64,000 nucleotides of DNA from Eledone cirrhosa (Eukaryota), in NCBI GenBank assembly GCA_964016885.1, contig OZ024754.1:23374001-23438000 (forward strand), in the 5' to 3' direction. The position numbers and the translations under genes are program-made. The first letter of the stretch is position 1, and each line of letters starts with the position of its first letter. A model generated the notes under the pieces. The model saw only the letters and a list, made by a program, of their open reading frames with translations, was not told where the DNA came from and ran no database searches. Shown piece by piece: positions 39,432-53,365 of this stretch.

Positions 39432-41477
39432 AGTATATATATATATAAACAGTATATATATAGTACACATAAGATGTAGTGGGATAATGAGTAGTCTTAA
39501 GACAAGTCTGTCCAGATAGCTGCACTGTAACTTACACTTATTGGGACTGCGTGTTGGCTAGCAGACCTGTATTTTGGGATCTAGCTGGTCCATTATGAGG
39601 GAGGTCTGGTTAGTTGGCAGTACCATGCCTTACTTGTGGTATATGTATGTATAGAAATATGTTATTGTATATGTATGACTGCCCATCTATATGTATATAC
39701 ATGTATGTTTACATATATGTTTACATACATATATATTTTTCAGATGTATACACGTAAGAGTATATATATCTTTTCATATATATATGTATATATAAAATAT
39801 ATACAGGGTCTTCCCCCCAAAAATGTATACACACTTCAAATACAGTCTATGTAAATGGGTATACATATTTTAGGGACACCCTGTATATAGACATATCATG
39901 TAACGTGACTCCTACTATTATTGGTTGTACAGATCGTCACAGATGAAAATATTTATTTCGACCAAGATTAAATATTTAGTGGAATTAGGAAATAAGACAA
40001 TAAAACAGTGAAATGAAGACATAAGAGGTAGATAGAGTAAATGAAGAGAGGGGGGGGGGAATTAACACAGTTTTGTCTTCCTATCTCTCTCACTCCTCCT
40101 CCTTCCATATATTATTGTCTCTTACTACTCCTCATAAAAGCAGGTCTGACCCTTAATCTGAATTATATCTACTTATGTAGGTTTAACTTTACCAAGATTA
40201 CCGAATCACTGCTCGAACTTGGGGCTTCTGAAACTAACTTATTGTGTTAGCAGATGTTGGATGAGAATCTTCACCAATAAAAATGTGGTGAAGCAAGGCG
40301 AAGATCTTTCTTTTTGTTTGTATTTGAATTAATTTTTCCGTGTTTTCTTTTCTTTTGCTTGTAAATACAACCCACGTGTTGTAAGAGTGGTTGAGTTACT
40401 GCAGTGTTAATGCTTGAGTGTGTGGAAGCCAGGTGAACAGAGTAGAAATCTTGTTGAGAGATGTACTGGTACCAACCACATAGTTATGGAGATAACGTTC
40501 AGATGAATAATAAATGGAATTTCCTCGCTTTCGTCCAGGTAAGGCTAAGTAGGCTTTTTGCTGTGTTACCTTAGGTTTGTTAGGACTATTTAAGTCAATA
40601 TTTCAGTGATTGATTTGTTGTCTTTGTTGAGTAGTCGCACGTGGTTGTATGTGTTGCTTATGTTGACTCAAGTGGAGCCTTAAAAATACCCGTCCGGCAG
40701 GGACGGCTGCCTAGACAGAATGTTGAGATGTATCAAAAATAGTGGAGGAGAAATAAATATAATACTTTCATGAAACACGTGTTACACGTGATTACGAATA
40801 AAATGTCAAACTGAAACTTGGATCACTCAATCCTGATATATATTTCATTAGGGAACTAACCCCCGTTTAGTTCCCGATTGTCTTTAAACTGGGGCTTAAG
40901 GCAACTGACCAAACAGTCCATTCCTAATTCAAGAAGGTATGCGACCTGAAAGAAATTTGGCTGCTATTTCCAACAGGTCAAGTAACCACATAGAGGTCTT
41001 CACTCCTTCTCTCGAAACAAACATATTTATCATTGTTAGTGGTTTTAGCCAAAACGTTGTTGTTGAAATCAGTAATTTTTTTACAGGAAAGTTAGGATTA
41101 ACTAATGAACTGGATGTGGGTATGGTGTGGCGTGCGGTGGCTGGAAGCGGGGGAGTGCTCGACCGGAAGGGTGCTTGGCCGGAAGGATGCTCGACCGGAA
41201 GGGCCAGCAGAGGGCCTCTCTAGTGGTGACCAGCAACAGTGTGGACGCGAGTTTTGGCAGCTCCCGGTGTTAAGCAGTTTGACGCACGTGGAAGAGGAGT
41301 AACCTCCAGTGGAATTTAGCGGCGCCTATGAAAAGCGGTAAGTGAGATAGCTTTTTCTAACCACAAGCTATTTCGGCACTGGAAACTGAGATCTGATTGA
41401 AAAAAAAAAGAAGCTACTGGATAAACAGAGAGGAGCCTGTTGTTTTTTTTATCACGTACCGCAAGACAAATTAGAAG

Positions 41478-42236
41478 ATGGCGACAAGACTACGAACAAG
41501 CGAAGCTGTCAGGGCATTTACCGGGGAAGGTGATGTCGCTTGGCTGCGGAAAGTCCGTCTGGTCGCAAGCTTGCAGAAGATAGAAGATGTGGCTGGCCTC
41601 ATGGCACTGTACCTCGAGGGGGACGCGCTGGTACTCTTCCTTGAGTTGGACGAACACAGCCAAAGAGATGCGCAAAAGATTGAGAGGCGCATGATAGACG
41701 CATTCGCAGAGGGACCGTTAGCCGCTTTCGCTAAGCTGGCAAGAATTAGATGGAATGGTGAGCGCGTCGACATTTTCGCAGCGGAAATACGGCGATTGGC
41801 TATGTTGGCTGGATATCAGGTGGAATGCGAACGCACGGTGCGGTTGGCGTTCATAAATGGATTTCCAGACGACATAGCGGTGAAACTGCAGCAAGTCTCA
41901 GGTTACAAAGAAATGGAAATGCGTTCAGTGGTGGAACAAGCCCGGATCATAGCAGAAGAGGCCAAAAAGAGTGTTGCGGCGATAGCAACTACAGAGGATC
42001 AAGACAGCTGGCAGCGAAATGGTGAAAGGGAGGCAACCACGGCACGCGGTCGCCCGCGAACGTTTAGAGGTCACTGTTTTCGGTGCCAGGGCCCGCACAT
42101 GACTAGAGACTGCAGAGAGTCAAGGCCGGAAATAATATGCTACCGGTGTAAGCGACCAGGTCACATCGCTACTAACTGCGACCAGGGAAACGATCCAAGG
42201 GGAACTACTGCGCCGGTAGTTGCCCCTTACGAGTAA
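41478..42236 (+). CDS. gag: Gag with two zinc knuckles; -1 slippery site G GGA AAC at 42185-42191
   Basis: CFRCQGPHMTRDC and CYRCKRPGHIATNC; -1 frame open into protease. Confidence 0.88.
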   Translation: MATRLRTSEAVRAFTGEGDVAWLRKVRLVASLQKIEDVAGLMALYLEGDALVLFLELDEHSQRDAQKIERRMIDAFAEGPLAAFAKLARIRWNGERVDIFAAEIRRLAMLAGYQVECERTVRLAFINGFPDDIAVKLQQVSGYKEMEMRSVVEQARIIAEEAKKSVAAIATTEDQDSWQRNGEREATTARGRPRTFRGHCFRCQGPHMTRDCRESRPEIICYRCKRPGHIATNCDQGNDPRGTTAPVVAPYE

Positions 42237-44983
42237 AGGCGCTGCCCGTGGTGGAAGTCCTCGTGAGGGGAAAGCTACTGCGAGCCCTCGTGGACACGGG
42301 CTGTACGACGACACTGGCGACCGCGGGGGTTGCGCAGAGGTGGAGAGGGAGGAGCAGCGTAAGGGCAGTCGACGGCAGGAAAATTGAATGCCGAGGTCGC
42401 AGCGAGATGGAAATAGCGGTACGGGGAAGGAAAATAAGGCTTTCTGCCATCGTAGTAGACAGCGTGGTGGATGGGATCGGCGTGGTTATGGGCATGGACG
42501 CAATCGGCCGTCTAGGAGGCGTCACAGTGAACAACGTCGGTGTGTCGTTTGGCGCCGTGAGTGCGCGACAGGAGAACCAGAAGGCCCACGAGGAGAAATA
42601 CCCCGTTTACACTGTGCAGGACAAAGACTTCAAGGCCGTGTTCGATGGGCAGCGATGGGTTGTTGAGTGGTACTGGAAGGGAGAACCACCAACACTGAAG
42701 ACCAAAGTGGGCTGCTATCAACACACATTGAAGGGAAACATTAGGAGCGAGTTCGAGCGAGAGGTAGTGAGATGGATTGAGGAGGGCATACTGCTTCCCT
42801 GGAAAGAGGAGGTGAAGTGCGGAGTATTGCCGTTAATGGCGATGGCGCAACCCACGAAGAACAAGGTGAGGCCGGTGCTGGACTTTCGGGAGCTGAACGA
42901 GCACGTGTCATGCCACACGGGTGGCGAGGTCACGGATGTCTGTGGGAAAACCCTGTGTGAGTGAAGACGCATGACGGGGGGTTCAGCAATCGTATATCTA
43001 AAGTCGGCATACTTGCAATTGCATATAGATGAGAAGCTATGGCAGTATCAGCTGGTCAGGTATAAGAGCCAGACATATTGCCTGACCAGGCTCGGTTTCG
43101 GGCTGAGCTCCGCACCGAAGATCATGGCGGCGGTCCTAAAGACCATTCTGGGAAAGGCCGACAAGATGAAGAGGGCCACTAACTCCTATATTGACGACAT
43201 CCTAGTGGACGAGTCTGTGGTGTCGGCGGCGGAGGTCACGAGCCATTTACAGGGGTATGGATTGGCTGCGAAGCCGTCAGAAGCGTTGGAGGGAGGAGCC
43301 GCGCTGGGACCTAGGCTACGGCGAGACATGACGGGCGTCTTGGTATTCCAGAGGGGAAATGAAGTTCCAGAACTGGTCCCAAGTATGAGTAGGCGGGAGC
43401 TTTTCTCGGTGTGTGGAAAGTTGGTGGGTCACTACCCGATTGCTGGGTGGCTCCGGAGGCATGCAGCTATGTCAAGAGACGAGCGGGAGGAGTGACAGAG
43501 TGAGAGAGAGGACGGTGGCCATGATGCAGGAGATCGTGGGGAGGGTGAAGGCCGACGACCCAGTGCGGGACGCTGGTATGTTCCCAAATCACAGAGCGGG
43601 ACCGTATGGTGCGATGCCAGCAGCATAGCGCTGGGTGTCACGTTGGAGATAGGAGGTGTTGAGGTCGAGGATGCAGCCTGCAACCACATTATTGTGGCCG
43701 AACTGGACGCAGTGTTGAGAGGGGTGAACCTCGCCCTGAGGTGGGGACTGCGCACCATCGAGATATGCACCGACTCGGCTACTGTACTCGGATGGGTGAG
43801 ATCAGTGAGAAGAGAGTGCGAACGAGAGGGGCGGCGGAGATGCTGATAAAGCGCCGCCTGGGAACTTTAGGAGAGCTGGCCACCGAGTTCGACCTGAGGC
43901 TGAGCGTAGTTTTCGTGCCCTCAGAGAAAAATAGGGCGGACATCTTAACTAGGGTGAAGAAAGCCTGGATGGAAGCGCCGGAGGAGGTAGAAGATGAGAT
44001 AGCTGCCGTGTGTCGGCTGACCGAGTCGGATCTAAAAGGGTTGCATGACATGCACCACATGGGAGTGGATAGGAGCCTGTTCCTAGCCAGGAGAATCGAC
44101 TCGGACGTTAACAGACACAGTGTTCAAAGGGTGGTTAGAGACTGCGTCCGATGTCAGTCCATTGATCCCGCCCCGGGTGTACACGAAACGGGAAGCCTCC
44201 CGGTGGATCGCGACTGGAAGCGATTAGCGGTGGATGTAACGCACTACCGACAGGGAACGTACCTCTCGATGGTCGACTGTGGACCAGGACGGATGGTGAT
44301 ATGGAGGGAGATGAAGACTGGAACGGCCGAGGAAATCATGCGGACGTTGAGAGAGGTGTTCTTGGAGCGGGGCCCTGTGGACGAACTGCTGATGGACAAC
44401 AGCGCAGCGTTCCGCTCGTAGGCGCTGAGGGAGATGCTCGATGGGTGGAAGGTGGACCGTTCCTTCAGAGCAGCGCACAGGTCGAGCGGCAATGGAATTG
44501 TGGAGCGACACCACCGGACGATCAAGGCAATGGCGGAGCGGGGCCATATCTCACGAATGGAGGCAGTGTTCTGGTACAACATGACCCCTCGGGTGGGACA
44601 GGTCGAGGAATCGGTGCCACACAGAGCAGTATTCAGATACGAGTGGCGGCACCTGTGCACGCCACCACAACGGCCAGTGGGGGAGAGAGAGTGCATTCGT
44701 GCAGATGGGCGAAGAAGTCTGGGTTAAGCCCCCAGATGCACGTTGCACATCTCAATGGGGAAGGGGAACGGTGACGGCCGTAAATTCCCAGAACAATGTG
44801 TCCGTGGACGGAGTACCACGTCATGTCCTGGATGTCCGTAGAATCACTGTGTCAACGGACTCCGAGGAAGAAGAAACCCAAAGTGCTTCCCCAACACTGC
44901 GGGGGTCGCAAAGAAGTCGTAAACCACCAACCTGGACAGCAGACTTCCATATGCAGAAGGACGAGGGGGAAATTGATCCTTGA
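42191..44983 (+). pseudogene. pol: pol (PR-RT-RH-INT) with stops and frameshifts
   Basis: ALVDTGC, VLDFRELN, YIDDI, WCDASS, TDSATV, HDMHH..CVRC, DVTH..MDN..GNGIVERHHRTIK. Confidence 0.9.
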
Positions 44984-45636
44984 GATCAGGGGGGCGTGTG
45001 GGTATGGTGTGGTGTGCGGTGGCCGGAAGCGGGGGAGTGCTCGACCGGAAGGGTGCTTGGCCTGAAGGATGCTCGACCGGAAGGGCCAGCAGAGGGCCTT
45101 TCTAGTGGTGACCAGCAACGGTGTCGACGCGAGTTTTGGCAGCTCCCGGTGTTAAGCAGTTGGACGCACGTGGAAGAGGAGTAACCTGCAGTGGAATTTA
45201 GCGGCACCTATGAAAAGCGGTAAGTGAGATAGCTTTTTCTAACCACACTGGATACAATTGAGTGAGGGAAGATTTTAGCTGGCCAACATAGAAAACACTT
45301 CCTAAATGAGACAGAACACTTTGTAGAATAATTATTTCAATGATTCTTTTCTACCTTTTCCTTTCAACTTTCTCTTTCATTTCATTTGTTTTTCCTTCTT
45401 TTCTTTAACCTTCTTATTAGATTATATGTTGTCTTATATTTTCACTTGAACTCTATACTTCTCTGTGTTATATCTATAAGGTTCCATGTGAAACACCATA
45501 ACTAGAATACAATTGAACAACAAACAAACGATTTGTTTCGGTTATAAAGAATCTTTTGTTACAACGAATTATCTTTATACCCCGTGAATTTCTTTTTAAC
45601 GGACTTTCCCTGTATATATGGTATGTGTGTGTGTGC

Positions 45637-45819
<183 letters not shown>

Positions 45820-46711
45820 AAGAAGGAGGATGATATTCTGGTGGTTTTCGAGTTTATCCTGATAAAAGGCTTGCTGTTGTTGAGTGTTTAACTAAACGTA
45901 AGCGTTTAAAAAAAGAAAAATCTGTAATGGATAATTTCACTGCTATTTCTAGCAGGGTAAGAGACTATGTAGATATGTAATTGATATTTTACTGAGTGAT
46001 ATATTTTGATTTACCATCAATTAAATACGATTGGAACTGTGTCTTAAGGTATTAAATTATATCAGGGACTTTTAACGTGTGACACCGGTACGAGAGTTGA
46101 AACATTCCCAACGACACCGAGTACCTGCTGTCTTCATTATAACTTTAAACATATCTTGTGTAACAACTATATATATATATACAGACACAATTTTCTTTCC
46201 CCGACATCAGCCTTACACTGTCATATCTATTCTTACTTTACAATTGTGTCTACTAAGAGTTCCATTACAATCTGTAGTAGTAAAACTACGATTTCACCAG
46301 AACATCTGCTATCCGTCATTTATAGACAATATATATATTTTAGACCACATATCAACCTAATATATATATATTTCCTATCAAATCTGTAACTAAAGACATA
46401 AAGTCAGCCTCCCTACTTCATTCTGACAAGATACCAATTTATGACTAAAGATGAAGAAGATACACCAACGTTAATGTCGTGAAATAAAGCTGATATCTTT
46501 GAAACTTCTAATTTGATAACAAAGAGATTATTCTTTGGTTGTTTAGTAAAAACTAACAACACAACACATTGATTATATGTGAACAAGTTGACAAAGATTT
46601 ACTTAATGTCTATATTAATGTGTGTAAATAATATAATTATGTGAACTCTTCAACGATCCTGTAATTATATACAAGTGAAAATATATTTCTTTCTCGTGGC
46701 TTATGAAAGTG

Positions 46712-46793
<82 letters not shown>

Positions 46794-47044
46794 ATAAAAC
46801 TTCCAAACTGTAATGTTGATGTGTTATTTTTCAATCACCAGATTCCACTGTTACATGTGATATAAAATATATTGTTATCATGACTGTCTTTATTATTTAA
46901 AATACCTCCGTCTATTTAATTATCCTGTTCACTACCTTACATTATAAAATATATTTTATATTTAGCTGTGCCTTGTTATTGTTTCAGGGAAGTTTTGTTG
47001 ATTTTAGTCTAAATTTATTTTGATTTAATTTACTTCATCTACAT

Positions 47045-48051
47045 CATCATAGTTTTACGTCCGTTTTTTTCAATCCTGGCATGTGTTGGTGGGTCCTTTT
47101 AAGCACATCTCCCCACTTGCTCGTTCCTTCGTCATCTCCTCTGTGAGTCTCAGCAATTTGAGATCAGCTCTCACCACATCTGCCCTAATCTTCCTAGGTC
47201 TACCTCTAGTATGGCTTCCCTCCTCTGGCATTCCGTGGCACTTCTTTAAACCAGTGATCATCATCCATGCATATCACATATCTGTACCAAAGCAGTCTTC
47301 TCTTGCACACCACTTCGGTTTCCTCTGAAGTCCAATTTCTTCCTCATTTTATCCAAGCTCTGCCTTCCTCTCACATCCAATGAAGCATGGTTGCTCCATT
47401 TCTCTCCGGCTTATTCATGTCTTCTGCAGTTACTGCCCATATTTCACTTCCATGCATTGTTGCACTTTACACACAGGCATTGTACAGCCAACATGTTTGT
47501 ACGTAGGGAGAAACCTTTATTTGCCGACAGTGGAAGTAGCTCTCTAAACTTCAATCCTATCCTCTCTTATGAAGCACCTTCCTCCGCTGCTAATCAGGTT
47601 ACCTAGATAGTGGAAACTATCATTGTGTACAGTTTATGCCTACTCCTTTTCTACATATGCAGTAGGGTCACTTATTCTCTAGTTCTTTTGTGGAGTCAGC
47701 TATAAGGACCAGATCATTCACATAGACTGTTTCCCGTGAACAGCCAGTCTTAAACCCATTGGTTATGGCCTGGAGAACTATGATGAACAGCAGTGGATTG
47801 AGAATTGAACCATGATGAACACCTACCTGTACATTGAATTCCTCAATAAACTCCCTTCCTACTCTCACTTTACTGACAGCTCCCCTGTTCGTGGTTTGCA
47901 CTGCTCTCACAAGCCATTCTTCTACACCTAAATTTCTGAAGGGCCACCAGATAACAGAGTGAGGTACTCTTCCAAAGGCCTTTTCTAGATCTATAAAAGC
48001 TAAATATTGCAGCTTAATCTTGGCTAGGAACTCCTCTTGTAGTTGTGTCAC
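47045..48051 (-). mobile_element. Degraded RTE LINE RT-to-tail fragment
   Basis: LAFIDLEKAFGRVP, GVHHGSILNPLLF, RGRPRK. Confidence 0.8.
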
Positions 48052-49014
48052 TAAGTTTCATCAGTAATTCCAAAGAGACTGTCAATTGTATGTGTGTGTG
48101 TTGAACAATGAACATAAAACAAAAGTCTAAGATTGCTTCTTAATTTATTCTCTACATTCATCAATCTCTCATAGTCACATTTTCAGGCCACTTTTTTTTA
48201 GCATCAGTGGTGCTAAGTGTACCAGTGTCATTTCTAACATACTTTTCCCTGTCTTGCAATGTGGAACACTTCACACCTCTTATTCTCAAGACTTTGGCAA
48301 ACTTTCTTTTTTCAGCCTCTTTCTGTGTTATGTATACTAGTATACTTAGCTACCTGATCCTGGTCTGATACCCCTATTTTCCCAGTCTTTCCATGCCTGT
48401 CACTTGTCTTTAATGCTTTATCATTTAAACTGGCCGTATCCAGCCAGAATTCTCTCACCTCTTTCTGTTCAAACCGCCTGTAACTGGTCCCTCATATTGA
48501 TGTAAATGATCAAAATAAGTAATATCAAAGTCTCATAGATTTAATATTATGTGAGATAAAGACTTTAGCATGAAAATATAATAGTAAATATAGATTAATG
48601 TAAATGCTACAGGGTTAATAGCTCTATCTACTGTGCTGTTTCACCACTAGGTCACCCTCTGTCTGGCTGGTACTTTGTTCCAGCCACAAGAGATTGTCAA
48701 TTATATATGTGTGTTTGTGGGTATTCAACATTGAAAATAAACCAAAAGTCTGAGATATGGTCTGAATTAGTTAATTGTTTTACGGTTGTTTCAGAGGGTT
48801 GATTGATCATGGTAAATCAATATATTGATACTTTGTGATTGATCAGGGATTTTTAGACTAGAAATAGTTAGTGACATGACAACTACCTGTTTGTCAATAT
48901 ATCAATCTACAATTATCAATCAAACCTCTGAAATGATCGTAAAACAATGAACTAATTAAGAAGATATCTTTGTCTCTAGTTTTATTTTCATTGTTCAAAA
49001 CACACACATATATA

Positions 49015-52000
49015 TCATCATCATCATCATTCGTCGACTACTGTCGAGATGATGGATCTCACTCTCATGCCCCAGAAATCCCTGTCCCCCATCGCTGCCC
49101 CCAGGTCCCGTCTACTGATTCCCGTATCCCTAGAGATAACGTCAGGGAATGACAGCTTCCTACTCCTAGTCAGGCTGGAGTCAGGATTCCAGAGCAAGAG
49201 AGCAGATATGATTTCATTGCTGGCACGGTGACAGTGGCCAGTAAATTGAGCTCTCCGGGATTTTAGAAGGGCAGAGGCTCGAGGGAGTTTGCCATAGATT
49301 TTAGACAAGGTGGGATGTCGTTTCCAGGATAGGTTTTGCACTCTCATTAAGAGGCGGGTATATGTGCCATCCAATCTCCTCTCAAGTTGTGTTGTTAGTG
49401 TCCAAGTTTCGGATCCATAAAGTAATATGGGCTTAATGGTTGCTTGGAATATTTCCAGTTTTAGTTTGTTGGTAAGTTGAGATGTCCATATGGCGTGCAT
49501 GTCATTGCACGCTGACCATGCCATACCCTTCCTGGTTAGAAAATCTTTTTTGGAGGAGGAGATATATGAGCCAAGATACTTGTAATCTTCCACCTGCTTA
49601 AGGGTGGTACCATTAAGGGTTCTGATGGGGTAGTTTGGGCTGTTTGCGCATCTGTTCACATACTCAGTCTTGGATTTGTTGAGGTACAGTCCAACACAGT
49701 TGGACGCTTGCTCATATGACTTCAAAAGACTCTCAGCATTTTCCAGTGACCGACTGATCAATGCGATGTCGTCAGCAAAGTCGGTGTCGGTCAAGTATTT
49801 TGCTGGGTAGCGAGGATTGAGAAAGGTGGTGTTTCCCCATCTGGGGTCAGGACAGTTGATTTGGTATCTGTATACATTACAGGTATGGCCGCGATGATTT
49901 TATCAGGAATCCCATAAAGTTGTAGAATTTCAAACATCCCCGACCTGTCAACTGAGTCGAAGGCTTTTGAAAAATCAACAAAGATGAGTGCAAGGTCTAG
50001 ATTGCGGTTTTGGGACTCCTCTATAAGTCGGCGAAGGCAGAGAATCTGGCTAAGTGTTGATCTACCTCTCCTAAATCCATTCTGGTTGTTACGAAGGATT
50101 GGCTCAAGAAATGGAATTAAGCGGTTAAGGAGAAGCTTGTTGTATATTTTTGCAGCAATTGCCATGAGAGAAATTCCTCTATAGTTGGTGGCTAAAGAAA
50201 GATCTCCTTTTTTGGGCATGGGGATAATTTGAGCTGCATGCCAGACGCTAGGTGGTTTATTGGTCTCGAAAGTATGGTTACATAGGTTGAGCAAAAGGAT
50301 GTGGAAATGCTCATCCTTCCAAATCAGGGTAGGTATATTATCCGGCCCAAAGGCTTTTGAGGCTTTGAGCTGTTTGATGGCTTCTTTGAGTTCAGGCATG
50401 GTGAAAGGAGAGGTGTTGATTCCTAAAGGCTCTGAAACCTGAACGGATGGCAGTTAATAGTTATCAGGGAGTCTGGCCTTTTTCCCTAGAAGGTTTTTAA
50501 AATGAGCAGACCAATTTTCAAGACGTTTTTTGGCAGAGCCTCCTTTGATTCTAACTGCAGAGTTTGAGTTTTTGCCTGAAAGATCTTTGACAACCTTCCA
50601 AGCAAGATGATGGTGTTTGCTGATGTGATGTTGCGATAGCTGATCAATCCTACCTGAGATATAGTCGGCTTCAGCATTAAGATAAGCGTCGTCTAGTGAT
50701 TTTTTGGCCATGATAAGCTGTATCTTTTTCCCTTGAGATGGTGATTGATGGTGAGATTGGGATATTGACCTAAGATGGGCCCTTGCCTCAACTACCCTCT
50801 CTGAGGCACTATGTTTCATTTGGCTTCGGCTTTTCTTTTTAGGTAGGGTAGCAAGTGCAACTTCCTCTGTTGATTGCTTAAGACAGTCATACACATCCTC
50901 AATATTATCGTCATTGATGTCAGAAGTTGAGAGAGATTGAAATCTGTTATAGACTTGAAGCGTGAAGCTATTGGATAGTTGTTTGTTGGAAGAAACGGAT
51001 TTCCAGTCTATTCTTTTCATGGGATGAGGTTCGGCCCTCTTGGATATCCTGAGACTAAGTTTGATTGTTGCCGAGATGAGTCGATGATCTGAGCCGACAG
51101 GGCTAAAGGAGGAATAAGATCTAGAATCCTTGATTGAGTTTCTCCATTTCTTGCGAAATATCAAATAGTCAATCTGAGCTCGTTTTTGGTTTGGGTATTC
51201 GAAGGTCCAAAGCCGGCCTCTGGTCTTCATGAAGCTGTTGTTTGAGCTGAATAGACAGAATTCTTCCATGAAGTCCTTGAGATATTCTCCGTTTCGGTTA
51301 GTAACCCTATTGTATGTGAACTTTACTTCATCCGGGCCAAGTTGAGCGTTGAGGTCTCCAGCGATGATAAGAAAGTTGTGTAAGGGTACTTGCTCAACAA
51401 CTGTGCGAAGGGTCGTGTAGAATTCTCTTACCTCATCCTTAGGAGAGGCGTTATGAGGACTGTATACACATATCGCAGTGGTTCTAGGATTGCCCTCTAG
51501 TGTAAGCACCAAGATTCTGGGAGAGATTGTTTCAATCCCCAGAAGATTATTGCTGGCTTTAGATGAGAGAAGGCAGCCGACTCCTCCGACGAAGGCATTG
51601 ACAGGGTTCTTGGTGGCTGAAGAGGTGACAAGTTGGTAGGATCCTAGGGTGTGATACTTGAGATCATCCTTTGGGTGGAAAAAGCGGTGTTCTTGGACCG
51701 CAAGGTTCTGAAGTTTGGCATTCTCTGCCAGCTCCTGGAGTCTACCTGTTGGAAGGAGGGTTCTGGTGTTCAAGGAGCTAACTATTATTTGCTTTTTACA
51801 GCTAGCCAGGCGAGATTTGCTTGTTGTTTGGTTAGGACCTGTTTCTTCTCCATCAGATGAACCCCGTCCCTTGAGATTTGAGGATTCATCATCATTCAAT
51901 GCCTTTGTAGGTGCATTATGATCAGAAACAGGACCCGGGAAAGCAGGGGCTGGACCTATATCAACAGGTATACCATATAGTGTGGTTCCCTGAGGAACAG

Positions 52001-52550
52001 GAACCCTGGTGCAGTTAGTTGCGAAATCCATCATCTTTTCAAATAGCTAATAATGTGTGTGGGCGCCACTACTACACACATGTGAAAGAATTTGACAGCC
52101 AAGTCTTGAAGAAGGTGCTTTCTCCTCCGTGTGGTGGGTTACCCGGCGCCAGATACCAACCTGGCATTTATACCCTCGCCCTAATTGTTCGTGTTGCAAG
52201 CACTAGAGTAGTCGCTAACCAAAGCTACGGACCCACTCTATCCGTCTGGAGATACGTTGTACTAGCTTACCAGCATACTAGTAGCAGGAAGTTGACTTTT
52301 CCGGCATTGCAGCGCCTTTCGGCGGGCCGTGCTGGTTTTGCATGGCCATTGACTCCAAGAGCTCTTAAGAGCTCCCAGGAGTTCCTTTGCCCTTTGACAG
52401 GTTTTGTTTTTAGTCCTGCAGGATGTCCAAAGTCACCCTCCTTACCAAGAAATCTTGGTGGGGTTGCCAGTTTAGTCGCCAACGACCCGACCATGAGACA
52501 GGTTGTACTGGGATACATGTTACCAGTAGCACCAACTGGTGACCTGACAC
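49015..52550 (-). mobile_element. APE-RT non-LTR retrotransposon (RTE/RTEX-like), near full length with internal RT deletion, (TGA)n tail
   Basis: APE LAVQEH..YSPH..GDLNA..IDY..SDH; RT QNGFRRGRST, FVDFSKAFDSV, FADDI, KYLGS; QGxxLxP segment missing at about 49795; stop codon is part of the TGA tail. Confidence 0.9.
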
Positions 52551-52842
52551 ATATATATAAATGACTCTGTAACTCTAGAAGAATCTTTGAAGGAACCTTA
52601 TGTGATGAGATCCTACTACAAAAACTATAACTTTCACCACACAACCTAGGACTATATATGTATATATATACATTTATCATCATCATCATCATTATCCTCG
52701 TTTAACGTCCATCTTCCACGCTAGCGTGGGTTAGACGGGAGTTGTCCCACTTGAGGCAAGGTAGGTCGGGTGACCGTGTCTCGCTCATATAGGACTATCT
52801 GGCAGTTTTTCTACGGCTGGATGCCCTTCCTAACACCAACTT

Positions 52843-52915
<73 letters not shown>

Positions 52916-52992
52916 CTGGGTTCAATCGGAGGAAACCACAGTAAGTAAGGTACTCAATAAATGGCAGAGTATAAATATTTTATATAGAGATG

Positions 52993-53041
52993 GCTTCTAC
53001 AGGACTAGAACTGTTTCATTCGGGAGAAATCATCAGGAAGC
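52993..53041 (-). ncRNA. Type-I hammerhead ribozyme (inverted copy of 53751-53799)
   Basis: Reverse complement reads GCTTC CTGATGA TTTC-TCCC-GAAT GAAA CAG-TTCTAGTC-CTG TA GAAGC. Confidence 0.72.
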
Positions 53042-53315
53042 AACCTTTGTGTGTATATGTGTGTTAATACTAGTATATATCATCATCATTTTATGTCAGC
53101 TTTTCCTTGCTTGCACATTGACATTGCACATTCAACGGAGCATGCTTGCCTCATTTCTCTCCATCTGTCGCATATCATCTGCAACTGCTGTCGATGCAGC
53201 ATTGCGCTCCTCACACAAGCATCATATAACAAGGAAAAGCGGACATAAAATGATGATGATATATACTAGTATTCACACACATAAGACGTTTTGTACCTCT
53301 GTTTATTGTCTCCTG

Positions 53316-53365
<50 letters not shown>

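Larger units (their letters stand above)
41115..45247 (+). mobile_element. Compact 4.1-kb Ty3/Gypsy-order LTR retrotransposon; LTRs 41115-41365 and 44997-45247; TSD CTGGA
   Basis: 251-bp TG..CA LTRs, CTGGA at 41110-41114 and 45248-45252, PPT AGGGGGG before 3' LTR, empty site in paralog near 12360. Confidence 0.97.

Noticed and set aside
40690-40716. GC hairpin followed by CTAG as Helitron 3' end
   Set aside because: Spacing only 4 nt, not followed by T, and no matching 5' end found
52530-52548. AACTGGTGACCTGAC resembling the tRNA-Trp PBS
   Set aside because: Lies at the 5' end of a non-LTR element with no adjacent LTR; likely coincidental
52019-52692. 181-aa and 141-aa ORFs over the LINE leader as ORF1
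   Set aside because: One is antisense, the other starts in a flanking (ATG)n tail; no recognisable domain
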